Source: Octopus sinensis (Eukaryota). From it: 64,000 nt of DNA. Shown piece after piece: positions 25,280-39,294 of this stretch (positions within the stretch are counted from its first letter, which is position 1; each line of letters begins with the position of its first letter). The position numbers were made by a program, and so were the translations under genes. The notes under the pieces were generated by a model. The model ran no database searches. It was given only the letters and a program-made list of their open reading frames with translations, and was not told where the DNA came from. The stretch is taken from the NCBI RefSeq assembly GCF_006345805.1, contig NC_043001.1:134664001-134728000 (forward strand). Direction: 5' to 3'.

Positions 25280-25770
25280 CCCTACATATTTTTCCAGCTG
25301 AGTGATTCTAAACTTGTGGGCTCATTATTAGAGGATATGCAGATTAGTTAAGTCCATTATCACTCAAGATTTGGGTATGAGATATGTGTCTGTCACATTT
25401 GTGCCAAAAATGCTTTCAACTGACCAAAAATACACTCAGGTTTCAGTTGCACAAGATCTTCATTGTATCAAGAATGACAAAAACGTTTTGAAAACTTTGC
25501 ATAGGCCTCTGAGCAGGTATCACCAAGCTTTTTGCAAAATTTGATCCAGATTCTCTGCTAAACTTCCTCTGTCATGGTCAATGCGGCAATCATATGCTAC
25601 ATACATTCCTTCTAAGCACTGCTGTAAACAGCAGAAGTGAGCTAGAATATAAAACTTGGTGTGCATGCACAGCAGAGTTCAAGGTCTATCTGTGCCAAGC
25701 AACTTCACTCTGCATGCTTTAGCTTTGTTACTATGGCAACAGTCCAAATACTTATTGATCAGCCCTTGTA
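25280..25770 (+). mobile_element. Degenerate mariner remnant
   Basis: DLGMRYVSVTFVPKMLSTDQK resembles the mariner VP+.L linker. End ATACTTATTGATCAGCCCTTGTA is TIR-like. Confidence 0.55.
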
Positions 25771-26529
25771 TACACACATATATATATTAATGTCTGTTTT
25801 CATGTTTAGTTATAATTATAATAAAAATAATTGTACATTAATTTGAGGAGGTTACTCTATACTTTTGTAGAGTACAAGTTTATTCTCAAACAAGAATATT
25901 GTTGATATTGACTTTGAAGTTTCAGTCAGTTCAGCTGTCATACATATATTTATGTATATGTATATCCAACTGTAGAAACACTGCCAGATCAGACTGGAGC
26001 CTGGTGCAGCCTCCTGGCATCCCAGACCCTGGTCGAACCATCCAACCCATGCTAGCATGGAAAATGGATGTTAAACGATGATGATGATGATGATGATGTA
26101 ACAAATGATAGAAACAGAAAATGGAATACACAAGAAAATTTATAGCTCACAACAATCATTTCAACCTATCCTGCATCGATCCCTCACAGATGGGATTCTG
26201 TACAACTGGTTGTGGTACATCCCTCAGTGCAGAAGTGTCTCATCAAGTGATTTTACAAGGGGTGTCTCATTAAATGAACTTTATTTTGTTTAGTTTTAAA
26301 ACAGCCTGCTGTTAGTGACCATAGGTTTAAGCCCTTGGGAAGGAATGTGTGTGTGTGTGCATGTGTGTGTTTGCACCTTCTTATCTTGTTTGCATCTTCT
26401 TATCTTGATATTTTTTGCATCCTCTTATCTTGATATTGTATGCTAATTGTAAACAAATGTCACCATCATACAATAGGTGTTGTTTGCAATTTTTCATGAA
26501 AGCATTTCTGGCTATAGCCTCTCTAGCTA

Positions 26530-27130
26530 TTAGTTGCTGTGTGCAAGAGAGAAGACTGCACTGGTTTGGTCATGTGATGCAGAGGGATGCCAACAGCTCC
26601 ACAAAGAAGTGCTGATTTCCCAAATTGGATGGAACACATGGAAGTGGAACACCTAGGAAGACATGGAATGAACTACTGAAGAACATTCTCAAGAAGCTGA
26701 ACCTTTCAGGCAAGATGACAAAAGACTGAGATACCTGGTGCCTACCCCCAGCAGAAGTGCTAAGACCAATCCTTCTGGTAGTGTAAAGCACTCCGGGCAG
26801 TGCCACATAAAAGTGCCCGTGCTGTGCCATGCGAAAGCACTGATGCTGCAATACATAAAAGCACCTGTGTAGCATCACATAAAAGTACCTGTGTGGTGTC
26901 ACATAAAAGCACCCGAGCAGCATCATGTAAAAGTGCCCATGTGGTGTCATGTAAAAGCACCCAGCACACTCTGTAAAGTGGTTGGCATTAGGAAGGGCAT
27001 CCAGCCTTAGAAACCATGCCAAATCAGACTGGAGTCTGGCACAGTTCTCCAGCTTGCCAGCTTTGGTCACACCATCCAACCCATGCCAGTATGGACAAGG
27101 GACATTAAATGATGATGATGATGATGATGT
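26530..27130 (+). mobile_element. RTE 3' fragment with expanded ~25 bp AAAAGCACC tandem array
   Basis: VQERRLHWFGHVM...GTPRKTWNE, then about 7 imperfect units, then the (GAT)n tail. Confidence 0.8.
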
Positions 27131-27277
27131 ACTGTTTGAGTTCTGGGGATGAGGAGAAATACTACCATGCTTAGAAACAGGTGAGAATTTAGTAACAGGA
27201 AGAGTGTCTTGACAGAGAAAAATTAGCCTCAATGAGTTTTGTCTGAATCATGCAAACATTGAAAAGGGGATGTTAAA

Positions 27278-27575
27278 ATGATGATTATGACAATAATGAT
27301 TATGAAAATGGCAACGATGATGATAATTGACAACAAGATGAAGATGATGTTAACAACGGCGATGACGACAACGACAACGAAAGATTATGTTAACAAGGAT
27401 GATGATCACAACTACAACAGCAATGATGATGATGATGGTGATGATGACGACCATGACAGTGATGACAAAGACAACAATGATAACAACGATGCCAATGTCT
27501 ATAGTAATGATAAAGATGACGATGACAACGACAATGATGATGATGATGATGATGATGATGACAGTGATGGTGCCG
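27278..27575. repeat. Degenerate (GAT)/(GAC)/(AAC) trinucleotide region
   Basis: Direct observation. The poly-Asp ORF is low-complexity. Confidence 0.8.
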
Positions 27576-28558
27576 ATAACTACATTGGAATGCCTTCACA
27601 GAAAGTAAAACACTGAGAAATTTTTACTCAATGACCTTTGGGATTCCCTCAGTGCATTCATTATTACCCATGCACTTGGAAATGTGCTTCTGTTTTTCTC
27701 ATTTGTATTGTCATCCAGTGTAAATACACAAAAGATTGGTCAGTGTCTCAGAACTTTTGCTGTGACAAGTTCTATATGTTTAAACACCTGCCACAGTTTT
27801 TGTTAATTATATATATTGGCACAAGCGTGGCTGTGTGGTAAGAAGTTTGCTTTTCAGCTACACAGTTTCAGGTTCAGTCTCATTGCATGATACCTTGGGC
27901 AAGTGTCTTCTACTGTAGCCTTGAGCTGACCAAAGCCTTGTGAATGGATCTGGTAGATGGAAACTGAAAGAAACCCATCATCTTTGTGTCTGTGTTTGTC
28001 CTCCACTACTGCTTGACAACCAATGTTGGTGTGTTTACATCTCCATAACTTAGTGCTTCAGCATAAGATGTCTGATAGAGAGCACACATTTTTATTTGTG
28101 TCAGCTGTTAACCAAGAACAGTGTCAGCCATTAACCAGGAACTTTGTCAGCCGTTAACCAGGAACAACGTAATCTTTACCCTTTCTTGCTTTTTGTTAGC
28201 AGAATGCACAGCTTACACATTACCAACTACCAGCGAGCCACCAACACATCATTACTATTGTTGAATGTATGTATATTTAGCCCTTTTGATAGCAACTTAC
28301 TCAAGACCACCTCTGGTTCTATGATACAGATTTCCTGTTTCATAATAGTCTCTAAATGAAAACCTTCCATCAAAGTTTTATGTTAACATATGTTCCAAAC
28401 GTCAACTTAATAACTAAGTTATTTCACTAAATTCTTCATCATTTTCAAAATCAATTGAAACAGAGGCAACATATTTCAACTGAAATAGTTAATGCATGCT
28501 CATGTTGAAAAGTCTATGATAATAATGTATTTATATTACTGTCAATATCGTGTTTGTA

Positions 28559-28953
28559 GAGTGGCTGTGTGGTAAGTAGCTTGCTAACCAACCACATGGT
28601 TCCAGGTTCAGTCCCACTGCATGGCATCTTGGGCAAGTGTCTTCTGCTATAGCCCCGGGCCGACCAATGCCTTGTGAGTGGATTTGGTAGACGGAAACTG
28701 AAAGAAGCCTGTCGTATATATGTATATATATGTGTGTATGTGTGTGTGTTTGTCCCCCTAGCATTGCTTGACAACCGATGCTGGTGTGTTTACATCCCCG
28801 TTACTTAGCGGTTCGGCAAAAGAGACCGATAGAATAAGTACTGGGCTTACAAAGAATAAGTCCCTGGGTCGATTTGCTCGACTAAAGGTGGTGCTCCAGC
28901 ATGGCCGCAGTCAAATGACTGAAACAAGTAAAAGAGTAAAAGAGTAAAAGAGT
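28559..28953 (+). mobile_element. SINE family A
   Basis: Near-identical to 9578-9982; (GTAAAAGA)3 tail. Confidence 0.9.
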
Positions 28954-29527
28954 AGAATGTGTGTTATATAATGAGGAAACCTTATTTTGTAATCACCCTT
29001 AAATCTTCCTCTCTGTAAATTTTCATTAGGTAAAGGGAAAGTTCAGTATTGATGTCATGTTGGTATTGCCCAGTTCAGTTCTTATGACCTATTAATTACT
29101 TATGTTAATATCACCAATTGAATGCCAGTGTTTTAAAAGTACATATTTACCAATGATGCATTGCCTTTTCTAGTCAAACTGTTAGAGTGACTGAAGATGC
29201 TGGAAAATCAATAGATGTAAAGAAAAGCGAAAATTAAGTGTAGATGTACTTTTAATGTATTTAGCAAACAATGATTGAGTGTATGATCAGTGTGGATTCA
29301 GCTTGCCTGATAAAATGGCTTCAGGCTATATAATTGACTGAGTTTAATATGGTTTTAACATATATAGTTGCTCTATTATGAAACAGGAAATCTGTGCAAT
29401 CAAAAGGGCTAAATATACATGCATTCAACAATAGTAATGATGTGTTGGTCGCTCGCTGGTAGTTGGTCTGAATGCTTAGAGCAGTGAATTTCACTAAAGG
29501 CAATCAAGGACCATGGTGATGATATAT

Positions 29528-29758
29528 GTTTCTTTAGTACCCACAAGGGGCTAAACACAGAGGGGACAAACAAGGACAGACAAACGAATTAATTTGATTA
29601 CATCGACCCCAGTGCATAACTGGTACTTAATTTATTGACCTCGAAAGGATGAAAGGCAAAGTCAACCTTGGCGGAATTTGAACTCAGAATGTAACGACAG
29701 ACAAAATATGGCTACGCATTTCGCCTGGCGTGCTATCATTTCTGCCAGCTCGCCGCCT
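29528..29758 (-). mobile_element. tRNA-headed SINE, family E (copy at 35761-35974)
   Basis: Reverse complement starts AGGCGGCGAGCTGGCAGAA, B box GAGTTCAAATTCC, body GACTTTGCCTTTCATCCTTTCGGGGTCG. Degraded copies at ~33020, 45770 and 46620. Confidence 0.8.
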
Positions 29759-31164
29759 TTCATGGTGATGATTTTATAGTTAATCTCCAAATCAGCCATG
29801 ATCTAGCTATTATCTATGATCAAAGGGTTTAAAACTGTAACCAGTCCTTTTTTTTTTCTTCTGATATAATGTATCTGAGACTAAATCATCTACCGTGCCA
29901 TTCAGCTTTCAAGACAACTGGGTATGATATAAAAAAAAAGTTGTCTGTTATTTCTAGCAAGTGGAGTAATCCTGTGGAGGCTTCCCCATTGGCTTCTTGT
30001 AAAACTGAATGGTGTGAACCAAATGCAAACACAAAATTGCATGTTTGTCTTAAGAAAGCTTCTCATATAGATATATAGTGCTGAAAAGCACAGAAATGTA
30101 TCAGTAGAAGATGAAAAATGTCCAGCAGTGGTGGTAGAATTATTCGATTTGAATTTCTACGTCTTTGCACATCATCAGTAGCAAGTTTCCACTATCAACT
30201 GCATGCCTAGACAAATTTAGCCTGTACTGATATAGAAAAACAATGATTGACAAATCACTAGTGTCATAAATTGGTGGTGACCTGAGTAAAAGTTCATTAC
30301 TCATCTATAAAACATATATAGTGCTGCTGCAGAATGACATGTGTGAGTTTTTAGCAAAACAGCATTGCTAACAGAAAGACTTGATTTACAATTGTTATAG
30401 CTCACTAGTTTCTGCTTAAGTAATAAATTACAGCAATGTTGAAACTGTTTCTGAATTTACAAATGGCTGAGTTATTTTGCAGATGTAAAATGAAGCCAGT
30501 CTATGAGGTAAATTCGTCGGTTAAAAGAATGGCATCCGACTTTAAAACCTTTACCAAAATACAGATCAAAAAGTGAAAAAGTAGAAAGACGTTTTTTGAC
30601 TTAATGCAAACAACTGCTCTCTAATTCCGAAGTACAATAGAATGCATTTAATCCACACTTTAAAATGGTTGGTAATAGAATAGCCATTCAACTGTAAAAA
30701 ATATACCCATAATAAAATAACATACATTAACAAAGTTTCCCAGTATTTCTCCTTGTTGTGTGTGCCAGAAAGTAAGACTGCAATAAGTAGTAAAATGCTG
30801 TGGGTTGTGTCTAACCCATGCCAACATGGAGAAATGAACTTTAAATGACAATGGTGGTGGTGAAATTGTTGTCAGCACACTTCATCAAACCACTCATCCA
30901 AGCGCCAAACCCAGGGTAGAAATGGATGTTGGTTTCTGTGTGAGAATCTCTTTGGTCCTTTGACAAGCCTTTTTAATACTGCAGTGTACCCATACATCCT
31001 GCTGAGCGGGTGAACAGGAAGTAGTAATCATTGGCCACCTCATCATGAGACAAGTTGTACTGAGTTATATTGTACCAGTAACAAGCAGATTCTAACCTGA
31101 CCTTCATTTCACCAAACATTGACTAGAAACTAAAAGGTATATTTTTTCTTCTTTCAATTACATC

Positions 31165-31392
31165 AAGACATAACATATCACACTGAGATATATACAGATA
31201 CACTATATATCACTTTTAAATATACAAACACACAATATATTTCACTGAGATCTACAGACACACTATATACCTCACTGAAGTATATGGATACTGAAGTATA
31301 TGTCTGAGATATGCAGACACATCATATATTTCATTGATATCTACAGCCACATCATATATATCATTAAGATATAGGGACACGCCATATATCAT
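31165..31392. repeat. Degenerate ~30 bp minisatellite
   Basis: Repeated CAC(A/T)ATATATTTCACTGAGAT(A/C)TACAGA-like units. Confidence 0.6.
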
Positions 31393-31400
31393 ATTAATTA

Positions 31401-32995
31401 TTAGGTCATCAAGTATGAAATTTGTAGAAAAGAAAAAAAAAGTTTACTAATGTTTTATAAATACAAGAAATAGTTTTATTCATCAAAGTATGCACCCATA
31501 TTGTCAATTCAGTTTTGCCATTTCAGTGGTAGCTTGTCCAGCCCAGAACTGTAAAAGCCTGGCAATCTAGAGTCAATAAAATCTTGGAAGGCCTGTTTTA
31601 CCGCATCGTCAGAATTAAATATTTTTCCTGTCAATAAAATCTTGGAAGGCCTGTTTTACTGCATCGTCAGAATTAAATATTTTTCCTATCAAAAAGTTAT
31701 CCAAATTCAGGAAGAAGTGGTAGTCAGTGGGGGGCAAGATGAGGTGAGTATGGTGGATGATGGAGAACTTCCAACTCCAACTCCTGTAGTTTCGCCAATG
31801 TCATTTTTGTATGTGTAGTCTGGCGTTGTCTTGCATTAAAACAGGAGTGGATCTGTTGACTAATCTAGGCTGTTTTTTGTAAATTTCTGCATTATTTGGT
31901 CCAGTTGGTTGCAGTATACTTTGGCAGTGATTGATGAACCAGGTTTAATGAAATCATAATGGATCACACCTGCACCAGACCACCAAACACACACCATCAG
32001 CTTGCTTTGATGAATTTTACTTTTTGGACTGAGTTTTGGTGGCTCGTCTTTGTCCAACCATTGTGCCAAACATTTATGGTTGTTGCATTGGATCCATTTC
32101 TCATTACATTTTATAATTCGATTAAAAATTATTAATTTTTGTGTCGAGAAAGTAGCATAATGCAAGCTTCCAAACATTGCTGTTTCTGATTTTCATTGAG
32201 TTCATGTTGAACCCACTTATCCAACTTTTTCGCGTCACTGATTTGAACTAGGTGAGTCAATACTGTTTGTTTGCTCACACCAAACAACAACGATAATTCA
32301 CAGGCACTTTGAGATGGATCTGACTCGATGGTGGCTGTCAGTTCTTCATTATCCACCTTTGTTTCTGGTTGATTGCTTTGCTCATTTGTGAGGTCAAGGT
32401 TACCAGAACGAAATTTTGCAAACCAATTTGATACTGTCTGCTGTCTCCATCATCCACCATACTCACCTCATCTTGCCCCCCACTGACTACCACTTCTTCC
32501 TGAATTTGGATAACTTTTTGATAGGAAAAATATTTAATTCTAACGATAGGAAAAATATTTAATTCTGACGATGCAGTAAAACAGGCCTTCTAAGATTTTA
32601 TTGACTCTAGATTGCCAGGCTTTTACAGTTCTGGGCTGGACAAGCTACCACTGAAATGGCAAAACTGTATTGACCATATGGGTGCATACTTTGATGAATA
32701 AAACTATTTCTTGTATTTATAAAATATTACAATGAACTACTCCATTAATATTCTGAGCTGTCAGTGATGCTGTATTTCCAAGAAAGAACTCATATTTCAA
32801 AACTGTACGAATTTCTGATTTATCCATCTCTAAACAAAATACTTTATAAAATGCAAAATGAGTTAGGATAATGAGATAAATGTGTCAGCTTTCTAACAAA
32901 AAATAAAGATTGTCAAAATATAATAATGGTGCAAAATGAACAGCTGTCAAAATTTACCATATACCTTACTGCGAATTTCATACTTGACGACCTAA
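31401..32995 (-). mobile_element. mariner (DD34D-type) transposon, defective, with internal inverted duplication
   Basis: TIR TTAGGTC(A/G)TCAAGTATGAAATT (21/22), TA on both sides. Minus-strand MDKSEIRTVLKYEFFLG..., DKWVQHEL (WVPHEL), LMVCVWW, HPPYSPHLAPTDYHFF (YSPDL). Confidence 0.92.
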
Positions 32996-33869
32996 TATAA
33001 TATTTGCATAACATCAGGGTGGCAAGCTGGCTGAATCATTAGGATGCTGAACAAAATGCTTAGTGGTATTTTGTCTGTCTTTACATCCTGAGTTCAGATT
33101 CTGCTGAGGTCGACCTTTGTTCTTTTGGGGTCGATAAAATAAGTAACAGTTGAAACCAATATTTATATAACATTATTCTGTCATAATGTCTTTCAAAGCT
33201 AATAACACATCGAGTTACTGCTCCTTGCAGAAACACTGTAGCAATTAGAGTTTACACTCCCATTCACACTTAAAACACAAGCATTTTTATGAGGATTCAT
33301 TTCAGGATTCTCAGCTGTAGTCTCTTGTTTCAGTTAATGTAACCCAGTACATGACAAGTATTTTATTTTATTGATCTCAGGAAGATACAAAGTTGACCTA
33401 ACTCTACACCACAAGACATTTTGTCCAAGACTGAAGATTTTATCATTTTCCCATCTGTCAATACATTCATATATTTAAAACTCACATAGTTTGGCTGTGG
33501 AATAAATATTGGTTAATATTTTTGGTTTTCTGCAAAATAGTACTGATAGTTGAGAATTTGGTTTTTGCAATCTTTATTGCTCCAGAATTTTTTGTTAACA
33601 TCAGTCTTCTCGTGAGAAAATGATAGCTTATAGAAACTGTTGTTTATTTGGTACATGGATAAGCTAATTTGCAGATTGGTAATTGTTTAATAACTGGTAA
33701 AAGCACTCTTTATACCAAATATAAAGTGGCAATTAAAAATATTAATTTGTGTGCTTAGAATATGTATTATTAAGCGTTCCACTTTAGAGCCAAAAAATAT
33801 TACAGCACACTTTTCATAGCTTAAATGAGAGCCACTATTATGTAATGATACTGATCTCATATTTAGGAT

Positions 33870-34190
33870 AGTGTTGCCACTGCACATTCACAGACATTCT
33901 GGACAGCAACCCATCCAAAAAAAGGCCCCTTATATTTGGCAGGAAGTTACAACTGTCCCCTCACTCTGCTTTATCTGCTGTTTCTACAGTGGCCTCTACT
34001 TTTTAGAGTTGGCTGGTCCCATGTCACTTCTTCCAATGCATTCCAAACTCACTTGTCTCTCCTCTCATCACCAATATTGTCTTCCTCCAAAATGGCCTTG
34101 CATCAAACATACCAATCCTTCCGAGCCAAAATGTTGACCCACTGGAATTAATTAATTGCTCACGATTTCCTGTAACTCTCAAATTGTTGT
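33870..34190 (+). mobile_element. Degenerate LINE (CR1/Jockey-like) 3' coding remnant
   Basis: Frameshifted SLCFICCFYSGLYFLELAG...YQSFRAKMLTHWN resembles the CR1-type C-terminus (SL.LFYRY...EL...SF..RT...WN.LP). Confidence 0.5.
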
Positions 34191-34379
34191 TGTTAAAGCA
34201 GAACATTAACTGCAATGCTTAGATATTAAACATCCTTTGTACAGACACTATGTAGTATAAGGAGAAAAAGTGAAATTTCCCTCAGAAAGCCTTCTACCAT
34301 TTTTACATGTTCAGGTCCCGACTCTGAAGATATTAAGTCCCTATAAAGAGAGGATGGCAAGTGGTCTCCCCCCTCTACC

Positions 34380-34404
34380 CCTATGTGCATGTGTGTGCGT
34401 GCAT

Positions 34405-34436
<32 letters not shown>

Positions 34437-34637
34437 GTAAGTATAGTATATATGTGTGTGTATTCATATATATACATACATACATACATACATACATACA
34501 TACATACATACATACATACATACATACATACATACATACATACATACATACATACATACAAACAAACATACATACATATGTGTCTGTGTGTTTGTGTATA
34601 TAAAATATACATATATATATATGGGATATATATATAT

Positions 34638-34669
<32 letters not shown>

Positions 34670-34771
34670 GACATATATTCATACACACATATATCTGCAT
34701 ACATACCTGCCTATATATTCATGTTTATATATATATATGTAAGTATAGTATATATGTGTGTGTGTGTATTC

Positions 34772-34834
<63 letters not shown>

Positions 34835-35105
34835 GAGAGAGATGTGTATGTATAGATGTATATGGATATATGTGCGTATGTGTATTTTCTCTGTGTATGC
34901 ATGTCTAAATGTGCGATCTCTACCTATCTATCAGAGGAGAGAGAGAGAGGGAGGGAGGGAGAGGGAGAGAGAGTGTGAGAGAGAGAGAGAAATATCCGCA
35001 CAAGTACAGACATGCAGAAATTTATGAATCCACATCATTATAATATTCATGATGTAATACACGTTTGTACACACATACACACAGACACAGACACACACAG
35101 ACACA
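34380..35105. repeat. Compound (TACA)n/(TA)n/(GA)n/(CA)n microsatellite block
   Basis: Direct observation. Confidence 0.95.
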
Positions 35106-36373
35106 CACTGAAGCACTCGCAGACCTGTACACGTTACTATGGAAGGCGGGAATGTATACATCCAGTTATTTTACTTAATACTGTGGATGAAGAGAAGAAA
35201 TATTTCCTATATCGACCTTCTAGTGCAAGTGACTCAGCAAATAGAGGTTTATTTTATTCCAGTTTGACTGTATTTACGAGGAAAAAGCTGATAATCAGAG
35301 AGAACAGGGCAAGAAGTGTTCTGACATGAATCGTATCATTCCCAACCCTAGCTTTATATTGATGCAAATATTTAAACCTTAAATGAAAATGAACTTCATG
35401 ACACCGGCTTTAGTTGTTGAGTAACCCTTGGTTAATTCTGATTTATGATGAAAGCAATCTGGTGCTTCACACATGTTTCTCTAGAACTACATTATTGAAT
35501 GATATGAAGGAGATCTGTTTGTTATCTTTTATTTTTTACTTGTCTTAGTCATTGGACTTGCAACCCGTGCTGGGACACTGCCTTAATAGGTTTAATCAGA
35601 CAAATCAACCTCAATGCTTATTTTTTAAATCTGAGACTTATTCTATCAGCTTCTTTTGTCAAACCATTATTTTACAGGGCCGTAAACAAACCAACATCAA
35701 TTAACAAACATTGGAAATCCAAACACAAACATATAACTATAAGACATATAATTACTTATTTTTTACTACCCACAAGGGGCTAAACACAGAGGGGACAAAC
35801 AAGGACAGAAAAACGGATTAAGTCGATTACATCGACCCCAGTGCGTAACTGGTACTTATTTAAGCGACCCCGAAAGGATGAAAGGCAAAGTCGACCTCGG
35901 CAGAATTTGAACTCAGACGAAATACGGCTACGCATTTCGCCCGGCGTGCTAACGGTTCGGCCAGCTCGCCGCCTTAAAGACATATAATTACACACATACA
36001 CACACACACACACACACTTACACATGCAGACACATGCATACACATACATTCACACATGCATGCACACATGCGTGCGTGCACATAACCAGAATGCTGTGAG
36101 TCAGAATAAATACATGAGAGTAGCTTTCTTGATTCTCAAACATTTCTGCCACTCTACTGTCAACCATTGGTACTATTTTTATTGGCCCCAAATGACACTT
36201 GAACTCAGGGCACAGTGAGTCAGAACGTATACTGTGCGCTGTTTTATCCAATAAGCAATACTTCATTATGGTTCCTTTGATGCAGGCAGTTGAGAGAGAT
36301 TTGACTGATATTTGTAGCAGTTCACCTAAACGCATAGCAGCTTCCTTTGTATGTTATACGGTGATTTCCTCGA

Positions 36374-38650
36374 TCACCACCACCATCATCGTTTAACGTC
36401 CATTTTCCATGCTGGCATGGGTTGGACGGTTCGACTGGGGTCTGGGAAGCCAGGAGGCTGCACCAGGCCCCCATCTGATCTGGCAGTGTTTCTACAGCTG
36501 GATGCCCTTCCTAACGCCAACCATTCCGGGAGTGTTGTGGGTGCTTTTTATGTGCCACTGACACAAGGGGCCAGAGGAGCTGGCATCGACCACGATTGGA
36601 TGGTGCTTTTTTTTATGTGCCACCGGCATGTAAGCCAGTTAAGGTGGCACTGGCATTGGCCATGTTTGGACGATGCTTTTTATGTGCTACTGGCATGGGG
36701 CTCACAACTACAATTTCCATTTGATTTTATTTTGATATTGCTGATGTTGATGTACTTGACTCAATAGGTCTCCTCAAGCACAGCAGGTCGCCCTATGATC
36801 CAAGGTACTTTTGAGTGGGCTGGTTATGCGACACTGGTGTAGGTTACAGCTGTGGACTCACTTTATTTGCCAGGTCTTATCAGTAACAGCATACTTCCAA
36901 AGGTCTCTGTCTTTTGTCGTTGCCTCTGTGAGGCCCAACATTTGAAGGGCATGCTACGTCACCTTGTCCTATGTCTTTCTGGGTCTCCCTCTACCCTGGA
37001 TTCCTTCCACTATTTGGGAGTGGTACTTTTTCACACAACTCTCCTCGTCCATCTGCAGTACATAATCATACCAACGCAAACGTCTCTCTTGCACTCCACA
37101 TCTAATGCTTCTTATGTCTAATATTTCTCTCAGGGCACTTACACTCTTGTGTATGCAACTGACATTACACATCCAGCGGATCATGCTAGCTTCATTTCTT
37201 TCGAACCTACTGTCTTCAGCAGTCACAGCCCATGTTTCACTGCCGTGAAGCACGGCAGTTCGCACACATGCATCATACAATCTCCCTTTCACTCTGAGCA
37301 AAAGGCCCTTTGTCACCAGTAGTGGTAGAAGCTTTCTGAACTTTGCCCAGGCTATTCTTATTCTAGTGGTAACACTCTCTGAGCATCTACCCCCACTACA
37401 GACTTGGTCACCTAGGTAGCAGAAGCTATCAACTACTTCTAGTTTCTCCCCCTGGCATGTGATGGAGTCCGTTTTCTGAGCATCTGTGGTGCTTATTGCC
37501 CCTGTGCATTTGCTGCACATGTGTCTTCCCGGTTAATCTTCCTTTGATGTTGCTGCACTTCTTATGTGTCCATAGCTTACACTGGGTACATCTTAAGGAA
37601 TTTCTACCTACACCTTTTCTACAGATTGAGCGGGGTACCTCCTGAAGGGGGGTGTGATGTGTTCGCCTTCCTACTTACTAGAAGTTTGGTCTTTGCAACA
37701 TTGACTCTAAGGCCCTTAGATTCTAAATCTTGCTTCCAAACTTGAAGTTTCTTCTCTAGTTCTGGTAGTGATTCTGCTATGAAGGCCAGATCATCAGTAT
37801 AGAGGAGTTCCCAGGAGTAACCTGTCTTGAATTCCTCTGTTATTGCCTGGAGGACTATGATAGGGGCTGAGGGCTGATCCTTGGTGGACCACTACTTCCA
37901 CCCAGAATTCTTCACTATACTCATTGCCAATCCTAACCCTACTGACGGCATCTCTGTATAGGGCTTGTACATACTTATTAAGCATTCGTAAATCCCAGTT
38001 TCCGCATCACTCACCAGAGAAGGAATTGGGGCACCCTGTCAAAGGGTTTCTCCAAGTCCACAAAAGCTGAATATAGGGTTTATCTTTGGCTAGGTATTTC
38101 TCCCGCAGTTTCCGTACCAGGAATATAGCATCAGTGGTGCTTCTACCTGGAACAAAGCTGAACTGCATCTCATCTAAGCGGACTCTCTCCCTAATTAGTT
38201 GGGCTATGACCCTCTCCATGACTTTCATCCTCTGATCCAGCAGTTAGATACCCCTGTAGTTATTTCTATCTAAAGCATCACCTTTATCTTTGTAGCAGTT
38301 GACTATGGTGCTGCTATGCCAGTCATTGGGTATGACTCCATCATGAACTACCTGGTTTACAATATGGGTGACTAGACCATAGCCCACACCATCAGATGTT
38401 TTAAGCATATCAGCAGTGATTCCTGATAGGCTGGGGGCTTTTTCTGGCTTCATATCCTTAATTGCTTTATCTACCAGGGTGCTGTTTATTCAGATAGCTG
38501 GTCCCTCTATTGGATCAACATTTGGCAGGCTCTTCTCCTCCCACTCATTCACCACGTTCAACAGTCTTTCACAATGGCTCCTCCAAGCCTCTTTCTTTTC
38601 CAAATCATTAAAAGCAAGTGCATCATCATCCATGTGAAGTTGTTTTAAAT
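36374..38650 (-). mobile_element. Decayed RTE-clade LINE (5'-truncated RT + 3' UTR)
   Basis: Minus ORFs: NYRGI, QFSFVPGRSTTDAIF, VHQGSALSP, YTDDL, FCYLGDQ, AVLHGSETW, GRGRPRKT. Tail at 36374-36400. Same family as 6720-9496. Confidence 0.93.
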
Positions 38651-39294
38651 GAAACCCAATAATGAAATCTTTTTGATAGGTGCCATGTAAAAAGCATTCA
38701 GAACACACTGTCAGGTGGTTTGCATTTGGAAGGGCATCCAGCTGTAAAAACTATGCCATAACTCACCTCGGCAGTGCTGGTGCCGCATAAAAAGCACTCA
38801 GTCCACTCTGCAGGGTGGTTGCTGTTAGAAAGGGTATCCAGCCATAAAAACCATGCTAAAACAGACACAATAGCCTGGGGTAGTCTTTACCCGGTCAGCT
38901 CCGTCAAACCATCCAACTTATACCGGTAAGAAAGGCAGACATTAAATGATGATGATGAGCATGCTGCACAAAAAAAAAAAATGAATATCAATAGATTTCT
39001 AGGTATTTCTATCTCTCTCTTTGTCTCTCTCTCATTGTCTCTGACTTTCTCTGTCTCTGTCTGTATGTCTGCCTCTCACTTCACTCTCTCTCTCTCTCTA
39101 CATACATACATACATACATATATACATACATACATACATATATACGTACATACATAGGAGAGTATTGTAGTTCACTTGAAGCATTGTGTGTTGTTATAAC
39201 AGTTACTTTAGTCCATTGTTATCACTATGTCATGAATGGCATTGATGTGCCATTCATGACATTATTTTTTACACACACACACACACACACACAT

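Noticed and set aside
31165-31392. CRISPR-like periodic arrays (also 26785-26965, 28100-28170)
   Set aside because: Degenerate contiguous tandem units without unique spacers, in a eukaryotic context with no cas genes.
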